A DNA stretch of 64,000 nucleotides, taken from positions 1,242,977 through 1,306,976 of the forward strand of contig OZ220731.1 in assembly GCA_965116785.1 (NCBI GenBank), read 5' to 3'. The notes below the pieces were generated by a model. It searched no databases, was not told the DNA's origin, and worked only from the letters and a program-made list of their open reading frames with translations. A program made the translations under genes and the position numbers. The stretch is from Dehalococcoidia bacterium (GTDB taxonomy: Bacteria > Chloroflexota > Dehalococcoidia > Lucifugimonadales > UBA3495). Below, one piece after another: positions 9,308 to 19,345 of this stretch. Numbering within the stretch: position 1 is the stretch's first letter; every line of letters begins with the position of its first letter.

Positions 9308-9982
9308 CTACCGCTCGCATCTGGAACTGTTGCGGCAGATGATCCAAAAGCAATGCCGTTTGCGGGCGTGGTGAGCGGTCGACCACTTCGTCGACATCAT
9401 TGGCCCGGTCCTGACCTTAACAATTAGATCGCATACAGTAAATCCCGCATCGTCGGCCATGCGCATAAAGTCGCAGTGGCTCCATTTGGAACGGTGGCTG
9501 TTGACCATATCCGTAATTTTCGCGAGGAGCAGACCTTCGGGTTTCAATACGCGTTTCGCCTGAGTCAAAAACGGAGGGTAGAGGTAACTGAGGCTCCAGT
9601 CTTGTTCCATACCGCACGCGACGGTGGCGCCGAAATCCTCATCGAACTTCTTGGTGCTTTTGTCTCGACCTTGCGGACCAACGTGAGGCGGGTCGTATAT
9701 GACAGTGCCAAACGCAGCATCCGGCACATCAGCCATCACCCGGTTGTCACCCACGATCATCGGGTTGAATTTGGGGTCGATGTCCATCGAGACAACGTCC
9801 CGCGAAGAGCCCTTCCAAAAACGCCCCCGATTGTATGTCGCGTCCAGGATGGGCTCCGGTGCGATCGATGCATAGAATTGCAGCATATTCTCGATCAAGT
9901 CGCCGTCATTTCCTTCCCAAACGCTGCTGATGGGCTGGTACCCCTCTACCACGACCAGTTCTTTTTGCACCAAATCGGTCAA
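9308..9982 (-). CDS. DNA amino-methyltransferase (N6-A or N4-C), cognate to the adjacent nuclease
   Basis: ILDATYNRGRFW (AdoMet-binding-like) followed by VIYDPPH (a (D/N/S)PP(Y/F/W/H) catalytic motif). It ends 4 nt before the nuclease start. The TTG start is uncertain; TTG at 9973 is an alternative. Confidence 0.75.
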   Translation of the reverse strand: MTDLVQKELVVVEGYQPISSVWEGNDGDLIENMLQFYASIAPEPILDATYNRGRFWKGSSRDVVSMDIDPKFNPMIVGDNRVMADVPDAAFGTVIYDPPHVGPQGRDKSTKKFDEDFGATVACGMEQDWSLSYLYPPFLTQAKRVLKPEGLLLAKITDMVNSHRSKWSHCDFMRMADDAGFTVCDLIVKVRTGPMMSTKWSTAHHARKRHCFWIICRNSSRCER

Positions 9983-10121
9983 CTCCGCGGGAATGGCCTT
10001 GGATCCCTGTTGAACTCGCAGTTTTCTTTATAGGGATAGCGGCCGGAATTAGCGTCTTAATGGTTTACCGAACGTACCGTCCACCCGTCAACGGAAGGCT
10101 GTCAGCCATTTTTCGCGAACG

Positions 10122-10712
10122 TTACGCCGGCACCAACCCCAGGCTCCCGCGCACCGCTTCCACCATCTCGTTGAAGCGGGCGTCGTCCAGCACCGGCTTC
10201 GCGTCACCGAGGCGCACGGTGGGGATGACGTCAACCCACGACTTGCAGCCGCCGTACTCCGGTATGTAGGACACCGTGGTCGCGTGTTCCATCTCGTAGA
10301 CTCGCATGAGCATGATGGTCAGCGGCACCATAGGCTTCCAGTGCAGGCGGGACTGGGCGTAGGTGTCGGTCCAGATGTGGTGCGGCGCCAGATCCTCGAC
10401 CTTGCCCTGCTGATCAATCTCGATCAGCTCGTGGACGCGCGCCCAGTGGGTGAAGGTGACCGCATCCTTGTCATCGGGATCGTCCGCCAGCAACTGCCGC
10501 AGCGCGGGCTGGTGGCTGTCCTTGAGCAGGTCTTCCTTCTGATGCAGATACGTAGGGTAGAGCAGGAATTCAGGGTGCACCACCCGGAAGTCCTTGCTCT
10601 CCTCGTGGATGCCGCCCTTGCGCAGCATCATGATCTGGTCACCGTCGGCCAGGGCCTTCACGGTTATCGCCCACTCTTTCAGGGCCAGCTGGCAGGTAGC
10701 AGGAGTGGTCAT
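10122..10712 (-). CDS. DUF1802-like protein of unknown function
   Basis: LALKEWAITVKALADGDQIMMLRKGGIHE...FLLYPTYLHQ matches my memory of the DUF1802 N-terminal signature. GGAGG upstream of ATG 10712. Confidence 0.6.
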   Translation of the reverse strand: MTTPATCQLALKEWAITVKALADGDQIMMLRKGGIHEESKDFRVVHPEFLLYPTYLHQKEDLLKDSHQPALRQLLADDPDDKDAVTFTHWARVHELIEIDQQGKVEDLAPHHIWTDTYAQSRLHWKPMVPLTIMLMRVYEMEHATTVSYIPEYGGCKSWVDVIPTVRLGDAKPVLDDARFNEMVEAVRGSLGLVPA

Positions 10713-10776
10713 TGCCTCAACCTCCGCAGGGTTTGCATGGATACTCAGGATTGACGGGATCGTTGCGGACCGCACG

Positions 10777-11250
10777 CTAGTGGCCGCGGCTGCAGAACTC
10801 GTCCCAGCTGGGCACTTCCTCGCCTACAACGTACAGCCAGTAGTACGTGCCGATGTCGCCCATGTACTTGAACTGCTTGCGCACATCCTTGATGGTGGAA
10901 TCGAGGTCGCCGTGGGAACGCAGGTAGTTGCGGATGTCGCCGCCGTACCCTTCTTCCAGCTCGATGAGCTTCTGGGCGTTGTGGACGGTGGCGACAATCT
11001 TGCGCCGGTTCCGGATGATCGCCGTGTCGGCGGCCAGCGTATCGATGGCCGATTCGTCCATTGCGGCCACCGTTGCCACGTCGAATCCCTGGAACCCGGC
11101 CTGGAACCCGGGCCACTTGGTGTTGACCACCTTCCACGACATGCCGCTCTGGAAAACGGCCTTGGTCATAATCTCCAGGTAATCATTCAGGCCCCGGGGT
11201 TCGATCTGTTCCGGAGCATCAGGATACTGCCGTTCCTCTTGGGTGGTCAT
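10777..11250 (-). CDS. DNA-3-methyladenine glycosylase I (Tag)-like protein lacking the N-terminal Zn-binding segment
   Basis: LEIMTKAVFQSGMSWKVV...FQGFDVATVAAMDESAIDTLAADTAIIRNRRKIVATVHNA matches the Tag / Adenine_glyco core. Confidence 0.7.
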   Translation of the reverse strand: MTTQEERQYPDAPEQIEPRGLNDYLEIMTKAVFQSGMSWKVVNTKWPGFQAGFQGFDVATVAAMDESAIDTLAADTAIIRNRRKIVATVHNAQKLIELEEGYGGDIRNYLRSHGDLDSTIKDVRKQFKYMGDIGTYYWLYVVGEEVPSWDEFCSRGH

Positions 11251-11304
11251 AACGTGCTCCTGGATGAAACAGCGTGAGCCGTTGCCGCGCCTGAGTCGTC
11301 GCCC

Positions 11305-12120
11305 TCACACCGAGGCTTGAACGGCGCCAGGGGCGGACGGCGTGTCGATGCGAAGCAGCCGGCTCAGATTGGCCGTGGTCACCTCAGCCACCTCCTCCAC
11401 CGAGATGCCCTTGACGGTGGCCAGGCACTGGGCCACGTCGGCCAGGTGGCGCGGCTCCGTCCAGTTGTGACGGTACTTCTTGAAGGGCTGCGGGTACGCG
11501 TCGGTTTCCAGCACGATATTTTCCAGCGGTAAATCGCGCGCTACCTCCCGCAACTCGGGCAGACGGGTCAGCGGTCGCGCGAGCGAAATGAAGAAGCCGC
11601 AGTCGATGGCCTCCCGCGCGGTTTCGGCGTCCCCTTGGAAGTAATGCATCGCACCGCCGACCAGTCCAGCATTCTCCTCGCGCAGCACCTTGAACACCGC
11701 CGGATGCGACTCCCGCGAATGGAAGATGATGGGTAACCCGAGGCTCTTTGCCAGGTGGATGTGCGCCCGAAATACCTGGTCCTGTACCTCGTGGTCGGGC
11801 GATGTGGGCAGGTAATCCAGGCCCACTTCGGAGATGCACACGACCCGCGGGTTGTCCCGCGCCAGCGATTCCAATCGACCGTAACCGTCGTCGTCCACCG
11901 GATCGTCGGCCTGCATTGGGTGGATGCCCACTCCGGCGTAGAACATCGGGTGTTCGTCGGCCAGCGCGATGCATCGCTCCGTCGACTCGATGGTGGTGCC
12001 AGCCAACAGGATGTAGCCCACGCCGGCCAGGCTCGCCCGCTCCAGTATTCCGGGGATTTCTTCCGGAACATACTGGTCGAGGTGAGTGTGGGCGTCGCAG
12101 TAGATGGGCGTAGTTGGCAT
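11305..12120 (-). CDS. TatD-family metal-dependent hydrolase/DNase
   Basis: IYCDAHTHLD, GVGIHP, VCISEVGLDY, PIIFHSRE and LETDAYP motifs. Start at ATG 12120 (MPTTP). Confidence 0.88.
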   Translation of the reverse strand: MPTTPIYCDAHTHLDQYVPEEIPGILERASLAGVGYILLAGTTIESTERCIALADEHPMFYAGVGIHPMQADDPVDDDGYGRLESLARDNPRVVCISEVGLDYLPTSPDHEVQDQVFRAHIHLAKSLGLPIIFHSRESHPAVFKVLREENAGLVGGAMHYFQGDAETAREAIDCGFFISLARPLTRLPELREVARDLPLENIVLETDAYPQPFKKYRHNWTEPRHLADVAQCLATVKGISVEEVAEVTTANLSRLLRIDTPSAPGAVQASV

Positions 12121-12267
12121 GGGCAGTTTTCCGATTACTGGCGGCGGTCCGCAGCGGTGGGCGAAGTATAGCATTTGACGGCTCCAACCGCCCGTCCGGG
12201 CATACAATTGCAGTGCGCGGACGCTACAGCCGGTAACACCGTCCAGCCCGGAGCCGGAAGGTATGCC

Positions 12268-12678
12268 ATGGAAAGATTCAACTGGGGCCCTGATGGCCCG
12301 CCGGAAAACGCCTATTCCAGGGTCACGGCGCCCGAGCGGTTCCCGCCGCTGGTCGACTGGACGTTGGACTTGCTAGCCCGCCTGGAGGCGGGATACGCCG
12401 TCGTGCGGGAGGACGATTTCGGGCTTGACCCAGAGTTGGAACGTATGGCGGTCACGAAGCCGACCGTCAGGTTGGCCCCCAGAAGAGACGGAGCCGCGCC
12501 CGTGGTGGTCGCGTTCACCCATTGCGAACACGCCGGGGTTCACGTCCGTTTTGGGCGCTTCCACGTGGAGCCGTTCCCCGAATGCGGATGTGACGCGTGC
12601 GACGAGACCGCGGAGGAAAACTTCGAACTCCTCCGGGAAACGGTGGAGGCGGCCGTCGCCGGGGAGTTCAAAGAATAA
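12268..12678 (+). CDS. Hypothetical protein (DUF6226-like, CGCDACD motif)
   Basis: 136 aa starting MERFNWGPDG with FPECGCDACDETAEENFELL. GGAG...GGAAGG upstream of ATG 12268. Confidence 0.6.
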   Translation: MERFNWGPDGPPENAYSRVTAPERFPPLVDWTLDLLARLEAGYAVVREDDFGLDPELERMAVTKPTVRLAPRRDGAAPVVVAFTHCEHAGVHVRFGRFHVEPFPECGCDACDETAEENFELLRETVEAAVAGEFKE

Positions 12679-12937
12679 TTCCGAAGGCAACCGGACGGCA
12701 GCGGGGGCGTGGGTAACGAATTCTGGTCGTCCCAGTCGCATCACGGGTACCGCAAAGGCTGGAAGACAGTTAGGCCGGCCGGGGTGTCGCGCGTTTCCGA
12801 CGGGGACGATTGGGTTGTGGATTGGGAACCCTGGCCGCGACGGGTGTCATAGCCGCCGTGCCCGTGCCAGCACGTAACCGTCGCGCGCGACATCGACACG
12901 GCGGATCAGACGCGTCATGCCCGTGACCACCAGTAAG

Positions 12938-12981
12938 CCGGTGAGGGCATGGGGTGAAAATGTCCCCCATACCCTCACCGG
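12938..12981. terminator. Long hairpin just downstream of the globin stop
   Basis: CCGGTGAGGGCATGGGG-tgaaaatgt-CCCCCATACCCTCACCGG, a roughly 17-bp stem with one mismatch and no U-tract. Confidence 0.45.
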
Positions 12982-12990
12982 CCGGCCTAT

Positions 12991-13437
12991 TCAGGTGTAT
13001 GCGGGTTCTTGCCAGTCGGCGGTGGTATCGCCGTATCCGGCGGCTTCCATCATGACGCCGGAAAGCAGGCCGTAGGCACTGGCCCAGGCCGAGGAAACCT
13101 CCGGGGTGAAATGGTCCCCGAGGCCCTGCTCGAGGGTCCACAGCAAAGCCTGTCCCACGGTGTCGTAGTGGGAGGGTTCCACGCCGTAGACCTTATGCCG
13201 CGCGCCCAGCCGCTGCACGATGGGCACCAGGGTGTCGAGGTCAGTCAGATGGTCAACAGCGGCGCCGACCATTTGCATGAGGAGTCGTCCCTGCTGCTCC
13301 AAGTCTGAATGGAAGAGTGGCTTCAGGTCGCCGTCCAATTCAAAGAGCCGGTCGTAGAACAGCTCGGCGGCGGTGTGGGCTATGGGCTCGACCTTGGTGA
13401 ATGATTCCTGGACCATGCGGACATCGTTATCGTTCAT
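12991..13437 (-). CDS. Single-domain globin (sensor-globin-like)
   Basis: VQESFTKVEPI...AELFYDRLFELDGDLKPLF...LGARHKVYGVEPSHYDTVGQALLWTLEQGLGDHFTPEV..AW. AGGGAGG ribosome-binding site. Confidence 0.85.
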   Translation of the reverse strand: MNDNDVRMVQESFTKVEPIAHTAAELFYDRLFELDGDLKPLFHSDLEQQGRLLMQMVGAAVDHLTDLDTLVPIVQRLGARHKVYGVEPSHYDTVGQALLWTLEQGLGDHFTPEVSSAWASAYGLLSGVMMEAAGYGDTTADWQEPAYT

Positions 13438-13728
13438 TGTAGTTATCCTCCCTAAGTTTATTTTTTATGAACGCTAGTCAAGAATATGATTCAATCGTAT
13501 CGGTAGATGGGACAAAATTTCAAGGGCCGCCGTCGCCCCCGGATAGCGGCCGATTGGCCGCCCACAGCGCAATCGCGGAGCGATGTCGCCGCGCCCAATG
13601 CCAGTCCAGCCAGGGCAATTCTCCCGGTCGTACGATGCTTGGGGGCATCCCCTAACCCGATGCGGGGCTCCGCATATTGCCTCGCCATCGCCCGAGATTT
13701 GTCGCTGTAGTTCCGGCAAACCATCGTC

Positions 13729-13757
13729 GTTGACAGAACGGATACCCTGGTCTACGA
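13729..13757 (+). promoter_or_regulatory. Candidate sigma-70 promoter of the suf operon
   Basis: TTGACA (13729-13734), 17 nt, TACGAT (13752-13757), about 80 nt upstream of sufB. Confidence 0.5.
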
Positions 13758-13788
13758 TAATTGTTGACCTTAACGGTCGGGAATTATC
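13754..13788. promoter_or_regulatory. 8-bp perfect inverted repeat overlapping the suf -10 (candidate operator)
   Basis: CGATAATT (13754-13761), N19, AATTATCG (13781-13788). Confidence 0.35.
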
Positions 13789-13836
13789 GATTAGTCCGTC
13801 GGCGCGCGCCGCTAGCCACCGCCGACACGGGAGGAA

Positions 13837-15318
<1,482 letters not shown>

Positions 15319-15377
15319 AACAGGCCGCCCCGCTCGGACCCGATTTGCCTCCGCTACAAAGGACTTCTAAAGCCAAG

Positions 15378-16166
15378 ATGAGCACCGCCAACGAATCGGT
15401 TTCACCTATCCTTGAGGTCAAGGACCTCCAGGTGTCCATCGACGATCAGGAAATCCTTCGGGGGGTGAACCTCACGGTGCGTCCCGGAGAGGTGCATGCC
15501 ATCATGGGGCCCAACGGCTCCGGCAAGAGCACCCTGGCGAACACCCTCGCCGGCCGGCCGGAATATACGGTCACCAGCGGCACGGCCGAGTACAAGGGCA
15601 TGGACCTGCTGGGAATGGAACCGGAGGACCGGGCCCGCGAAGGCGTGTTCCTCGCCTTCCAGTATCCGGTGGAACTGCCCGGCGTGCGCGCGTGGCAATT
15701 CCTCAAAGCCGCGGTGGACGCCAAGCTAGTCCATTCTGGTGAAGAGGAGATGGGCGCCCGCGAATTCGACCGCCTGCTTCGCAGCAAAGTCGCCGAGGTC
15801 GAAATCGATCCCGAATTGGTGCGACGTTCCGTCAACGAAGGCTTCTCTGGCGGCGAGAAAAAGCGGAACGAAGTGCTGCAAATGGCGCTGTTGGAGCCGA
15901 CCCTGTCGCTGCTTGACGAGACCGACTCTGGGCTGGACATCGACGCGCTGCGCATCGTGGCCGACGGCGTGAACCGCCTACGCCGGCCGGACAACGCAGC
16001 GGTGGTGGTAACCCATTACCAACGTATCCTGAATTACATAACCCCGGACCAGGTGCACGTGCTGGTAGACGGACGGATCGTCCTCAGCGGTGGCCCGGAA
16101 TTGGCCGAGCAACTGGAAGCCCGGGGCTACGACTGGGTCCGCGAAGAGGCGGACGCAGCGGTCTAG
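15378..16166 (+). CDS. sufC: Fe-S cluster assembly ATPase SufC
   Basis: GPNGSGKSTL, FSGGEKKRNE, LLDETDSGLDIDAL and VTHYQRIL. Confidence 0.93.
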   Translation: MSTANESVSPILEVKDLQVSIDDQEILRGVNLTVRPGEVHAIMGPNGSGKSTLANTLAGRPEYTVTSGTAEYKGMDLLGMEPEDRAREGVFLAFQYPVELPGVRAWQFLKAAVDAKLVHSGEEEMGAREFDRLLRSKVAEVEIDPELVRRSVNEGFSGGEKKRNEVLQMALLEPTLSLLDETDSGLDIDALRIVADGVNRLRRPDNAAVVVTHYQRILNYITPDQVHVLVDGRIVLSGGPELAEQLEARGYDWVREEADAAV

Positions 16167-16218
16167 CGGTCACATTTCCCTTTCTCTTCTAACTCTTCCG
16201 CGACGGGCCTACTATCGC

Positions 16219-16680
16219 ATGACGTCCCCGAATAACCCGACCGGGTCAGTCCTAATGGATGTGGACTGGAACCAATTGTCGCGCCCAACCCATCACTACG
16301 TTGCTGCCAGCTACGAGTTAATTGGCAAAGCCCGCGAATACCTTGGCCAAGGGGATTTGAGACAGGCATCCGAAAAGGGCTGGGGTTCCGCCGCACAGAT
16401 CGTCAAAGCGGTGGCGGAAAATTGGAAAGACGCCGGCGTCGTGCACGGTCGGCACCAGGATTTGAGAACTCTGGTCGCAGGTTTGGCAACAGCAGAGCAG
16501 GATCCGGGCTTGGACATGTCGTTCCATGCGGCTCAAGACCTGCACGAAAATTTCTACGAAAACAATTTGCCGCCGTACATAGTGGATTTGAACTTGAGGC
16601 AGGTTGACGATTTCATTTCTAGGATAGCGCCCCAACTCCGACGGCCGCAGCCGCCGCGAGGGTTCCGCCAGGGTCTCTAA
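16219..16680 (+). CDS. PaREP1/HEPN-superfamily-like protein inserted between sufC and sufD
   Basis: AREYLGQGDLRQASEKGWGSAAQIVKAVAE and AAQDLHENFYEN resemble the archaeal PaREP1 signature. Codon usage differs from its neighbours (TTG Leu, AGA/AGG Arg, ATA Ile, lower GC3). No clear Shine-Dalgarno sequence; ATG 16255 is an alternative start. Confidence 0.6.
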   Translation: MTSPNNPTGSVLMDVDWNQLSRPTHHYVAASYELIGKAREYLGQGDLRQASEKGWGSAAQIVKAVAENWKDAGVVHGRHQDLRTLVAGLATAEQDPGLDMSFHAAQDLHENFYENNLPPYIVDLNLRQVDDFISRIAPQLRRPQPPRGFRQGL

Positions 16681-16718
16681 CCTGTCTACAAAAAAGCGGC
16701 CAACCACGAGCGTACCAC

Positions 16719-18080
16719 ATGACCACAGTCACGCCCACACCTGCATCGGAAACTTACCCGCACTACGCGAGCGCGTATGCATCTCAGAACCGGTCCGACG
16801 TGCCTGCGCTGAGCCGGTTGCGGCAGCGTGGCTGGGAAGCGTTCAATCGCCTCGGCCTGCCCACCGCCAGGCGCGGCAACGAGCCGTGGAAGTACACCAA
16901 CGCCGGCCCCATCGCCCGCGAAACCTTCTTGTTTGCCGATCTCACCTCAGGCGGTGAAACCGGTCCGACCCGGGCGGACGTTCAATCCGTCGCGCCGTGG
17001 CAGCCGGACTGGCGTACCCTGGTGGTAGTGGATGGAGCCCTCGCTCCGAGCCTGTCATCCGGAGACAGCGATGGCGCGGCGATTGCTACTGGCCTGGCCG
17101 ACGCGATCCGAACCGATCCGGAGTTGGGCACGAGCGTGTTGGGCTGTCTCGCGACCCCTGAAGACGACGGGTTCGCTGCGCTCAACACAGCGTTTGTTGG
17201 CAATGGCATTGGAATATCAATCCCAACAGGGGCGGACGCCGGCGTCATCAACGTTCTGTACCTGACGACTGCCCGCGAGCAACCGCGAGCCACCCACCCG
17301 CGCCTGGTAATCTCCGCCGCTCCAAATTCCCGCGCCACCATCATCGAGACCTTCGTGGGACCCGACACGCGCTACCTGACCAACACCGTCATGGAAGCCT
17401 CAGTGGGTGAAGGAGCCAACGTCGAACATTATCGCCTGCTGCTTGAAGGCCAGGAGGCCTACCACGTCGGCGTGAGCCGGGTACTGCAGCAGAAAGACTC
17501 GGCGTTCTCCTCAACGGCCATCGCCCAGGGGGCCGCAATCGGGCGCAACGACTTCGGCGTGACCCTCGCCGGAACCGGCGCCGAGTGCACGCTCAACGGG
17601 CTGTACCTCACCAGGGGCGACCAGCACATCGACAACTACATCAACATCGACCACGCTGAGCCCTACGGTACCAGCCGGCTCTTCTACAAGGGCATCCTGG
17701 ACGGACGCTCGCGGGCCGTGTTCGGCGGCAATGTCACCGTGCGGAAGGACGCCCAAAAAACCGACGCACAGCAGACCGACAAGAACCTGCTCCTGTCCGA
17801 GGAAGCCGAGGTGGACAGCAAGCCCAGCCTCCTCATCTACGCCGACGACGTGAAATGCGGACACGGCGCGACCGCGGGGCACGTTGACGCCGACACCGTG
17901 TTTTACATGCGCAGTCGGGGCCTCGATCTGCCCACCGCCAGCCGTATCCTGATCCACGCCTTTGCCAGCGAAATCATCGACATGGTGGCCTTGGAAACGT
18001 TGCGGGAATACCTCGATGAGCGGTTCCGAAACGCCATCCCATCTGCGAATATCGCCCTGCCCATCGGAGGCCGCCCGTGA
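16719..18080 (+). CDS. sufD: Fe-S cluster assembly protein SufD
   Basis: NEPWKYTN near the N-terminus and the beta-helix C-terminus with LLLSEEAEVDSKPSLLIYADDVKCGHGAT.G....D..FYMRSRG. Confidence 0.9.
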   Translation: MTTVTPTPASETYPHYASAYASQNRSDVPALSRLRQRGWEAFNRLGLPTARRGNEPWKYTNAGPIARETFLFADLTSGGETGPTRADVQSVAPWQPDWRTLVVVDGALAPSLSSGDSDGAAIATGLADAIRTDPELGTSVLGCLATPEDDGFAALNTAFVGNGIGISIPTGADAGVINVLYLTTAREQPRATHPRLVISAAPNSRATIIETFVGPDTRYLTNTVMEASVGEGANVEHYRLLLEGQEAYHVGVSRVLQQKDSAFSSTAIAQGAAIGRNDFGVTLAGTGAECTLNGLYLTRGDQHIDNYINIDHAEPYGTSRLFYKGILDGRSRAVFGGNVTVRKDAQKTDAQQTDKNLLLSEEAEVDSKPSLLIYADDVKCGHGATAGHVDADTVFYMRSRGLDLPTASRILIHAFASEIIDMVALETLREYLDERFRNAIPSANIALPIGGRP

Positions 18081-19345
18081 CCGCCGCCACTGGCAACGCC
18101 CACGCTTCCCCCGCCAGCCCGTTGACCAACGACGATGTGGCGCTAATTCGCCGCGACTTTCCGGTCCTGGATCAGCTCATTAATGGCAAACCCCTGGTTT
18201 ACCTGGACAATGCGGCCACGACGCAAAAGCCGCGAGCGGTAATCGATTCCATCAGCAACTACTACCTGAACAACAACTCCAACGTGCACCGGGGTGTGCA
18301 CACCCTGAGCCAGCGGGCCACTGACGATTATGAACGTGGGCGCGAGGCGATTCGCCGTTTTATGAACGCCCCCGATGCCGACGAGATAATCTATGTTCGT
18401 GGCGCCACGGAAGGACTGAACCTGGTTGCCAGCAGTTACGGCCGCAAGTTCTTCAAGGCCGGGGACGAGGTCATCATCACCGGCATGGAGCACCACTCCA
18501 ACATCGTGCCCTGGCAGATTTTGGGCAAGGAGATCGGTATTCGCCTGCGGGTTATTCCTTTCACCGATCAGGGCGAGTTGTTGATGGACGAGTACGAGAG
18601 CATGCTAAACGAGCGCACTCGTTTGGTATCGGTGGTACACCAGTCCAACGCGTTGGGAACCATAAATCCCGTGACGTCCATAGTCGAGCTGGCCCACGCC
18701 CGTGGCATTCCCGTCATGGTCGATGCGGCACAATCGATCCCGCACATGCCAATTGACGTGCAGGCCCTGGGCGCCGACTTTCTGACCTTCTCCGGCCACA
18801 AGATGTACGGGCCCACGGGCATCGGGGTGCTGTGGGGCCGCGCTGACCTGCTCAACGAGATGCCGCCCTACCAGTCCGGCGGCGAGATGATTCGCTCAGT
18901 TACCTACGAGGAAACCATTTACAACGTGATCCCGCACAAGTTCGAGGCCGGCACCCCCGACATCGCTGGCGCCATCGGCCTCGGCGCGGCTGTCGAATAC
19001 CTCGAAGCCATCGGCATGGGCCGCATCGCCGCATACGAGCAGGCGTTGATGCGCTACGGCGCCGAGCGTCTCTCCGAGATCGAGGGCGTCAGGCTAATCG
19101 GCACTGCCGAAAACCGGGGAGGCGTCCTCTCGTTTTACATGGAAGCCGCCCACGCCCACGACATTGGTACCATCCTGGACGCCGAGGGCATAGCGGTGCG
19201 GACCGGCCACCATTGCGCCCAACCGGTGATGGCTCGCTATGAAATCCCGGCGACGGTGCGGGCGTCCCTGTCCTTCTACAACACCACCGAGGAAATTGAC
19301 GCTCTGATCAAGGGCATCGATCGAGTCATTGAGGTTTTCGGCTGA
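18077..19345 (+). CDS. sufS: Cysteine desulfurase SufS (group II)
   Basis: YLDNAATTQKP, NVHRGVHTLS, HHSNIVPW, FSGHKMYGPTGIGVL and RTGHHCAQP. The GTG start overlaps the sufD stop (GTGA). Confidence 0.93.
   Translation: MTAATGNAHASPASPLTNDDVALIRRDFPVLDQLINGKPLVYLDNAATTQKPRAVIDSISNYYLNNNSNVHRGVHTLSQRATDDYERGREAIRRFMNAPDADEIIYVRGATEGLNLVASSYGRKFFKAGDEVIITGMEHHSNIVPWQILGKEIGIRLRVIPFTDQGELLMDEYESMLNERTRLVSVVHQSNALGTINPVTSIVELAHARGIPVMVDAAQSIPHMPIDVQALGADFLTFSGHKMYGPTGIGVLWGRADLLNEMPPYQSGGEMIRSVTYEETIYNVIPHKFEAGTPDIAGAIGLGAAVEYLEAIGMGRIAAYEQALMRYGAERLSEIEGVRLIGTAENRGGVLSFYMEAAHAHDIGTILDAEGIAVRTGHHCAQPVMARYEIPATVRASLSFYNTTEEIDALIKGIDRVIEVFG

Noticed and set aside
9985-9990. CCGCGG (the Eco29kI/SacII site) immediately upstream of the methyltransferase start, as a clue to the R-M specificity
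   Set aside because: CCGCGG is expected frequently in DNA of about 62% GC and occurs elsewhere in the window (for example near 12605). Its presence here carries no information about specificity.
12848-12918. 23-codon minus-strand mini-ORF (MTRLIRRVDVARDGYVLARARRL) in the 260-bp gap between the DUF6226-like gene and the globin gene
   Set aside because: It is too short, has no ribosome-binding site and lies downstream of the globin terminator hairpin. It is probably a chance ORF or a gene remnant.
13491-13724. Small ORFs (67 and 77 aa, both strands) in the globin-suf intergenic region
   Set aside because: They have no ribosome-binding sites and an Arg/Ala/Pro-rich composition, and they mutually overlap on opposite strands. 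I treated the region as non-coding regulatory or decayed sequence.
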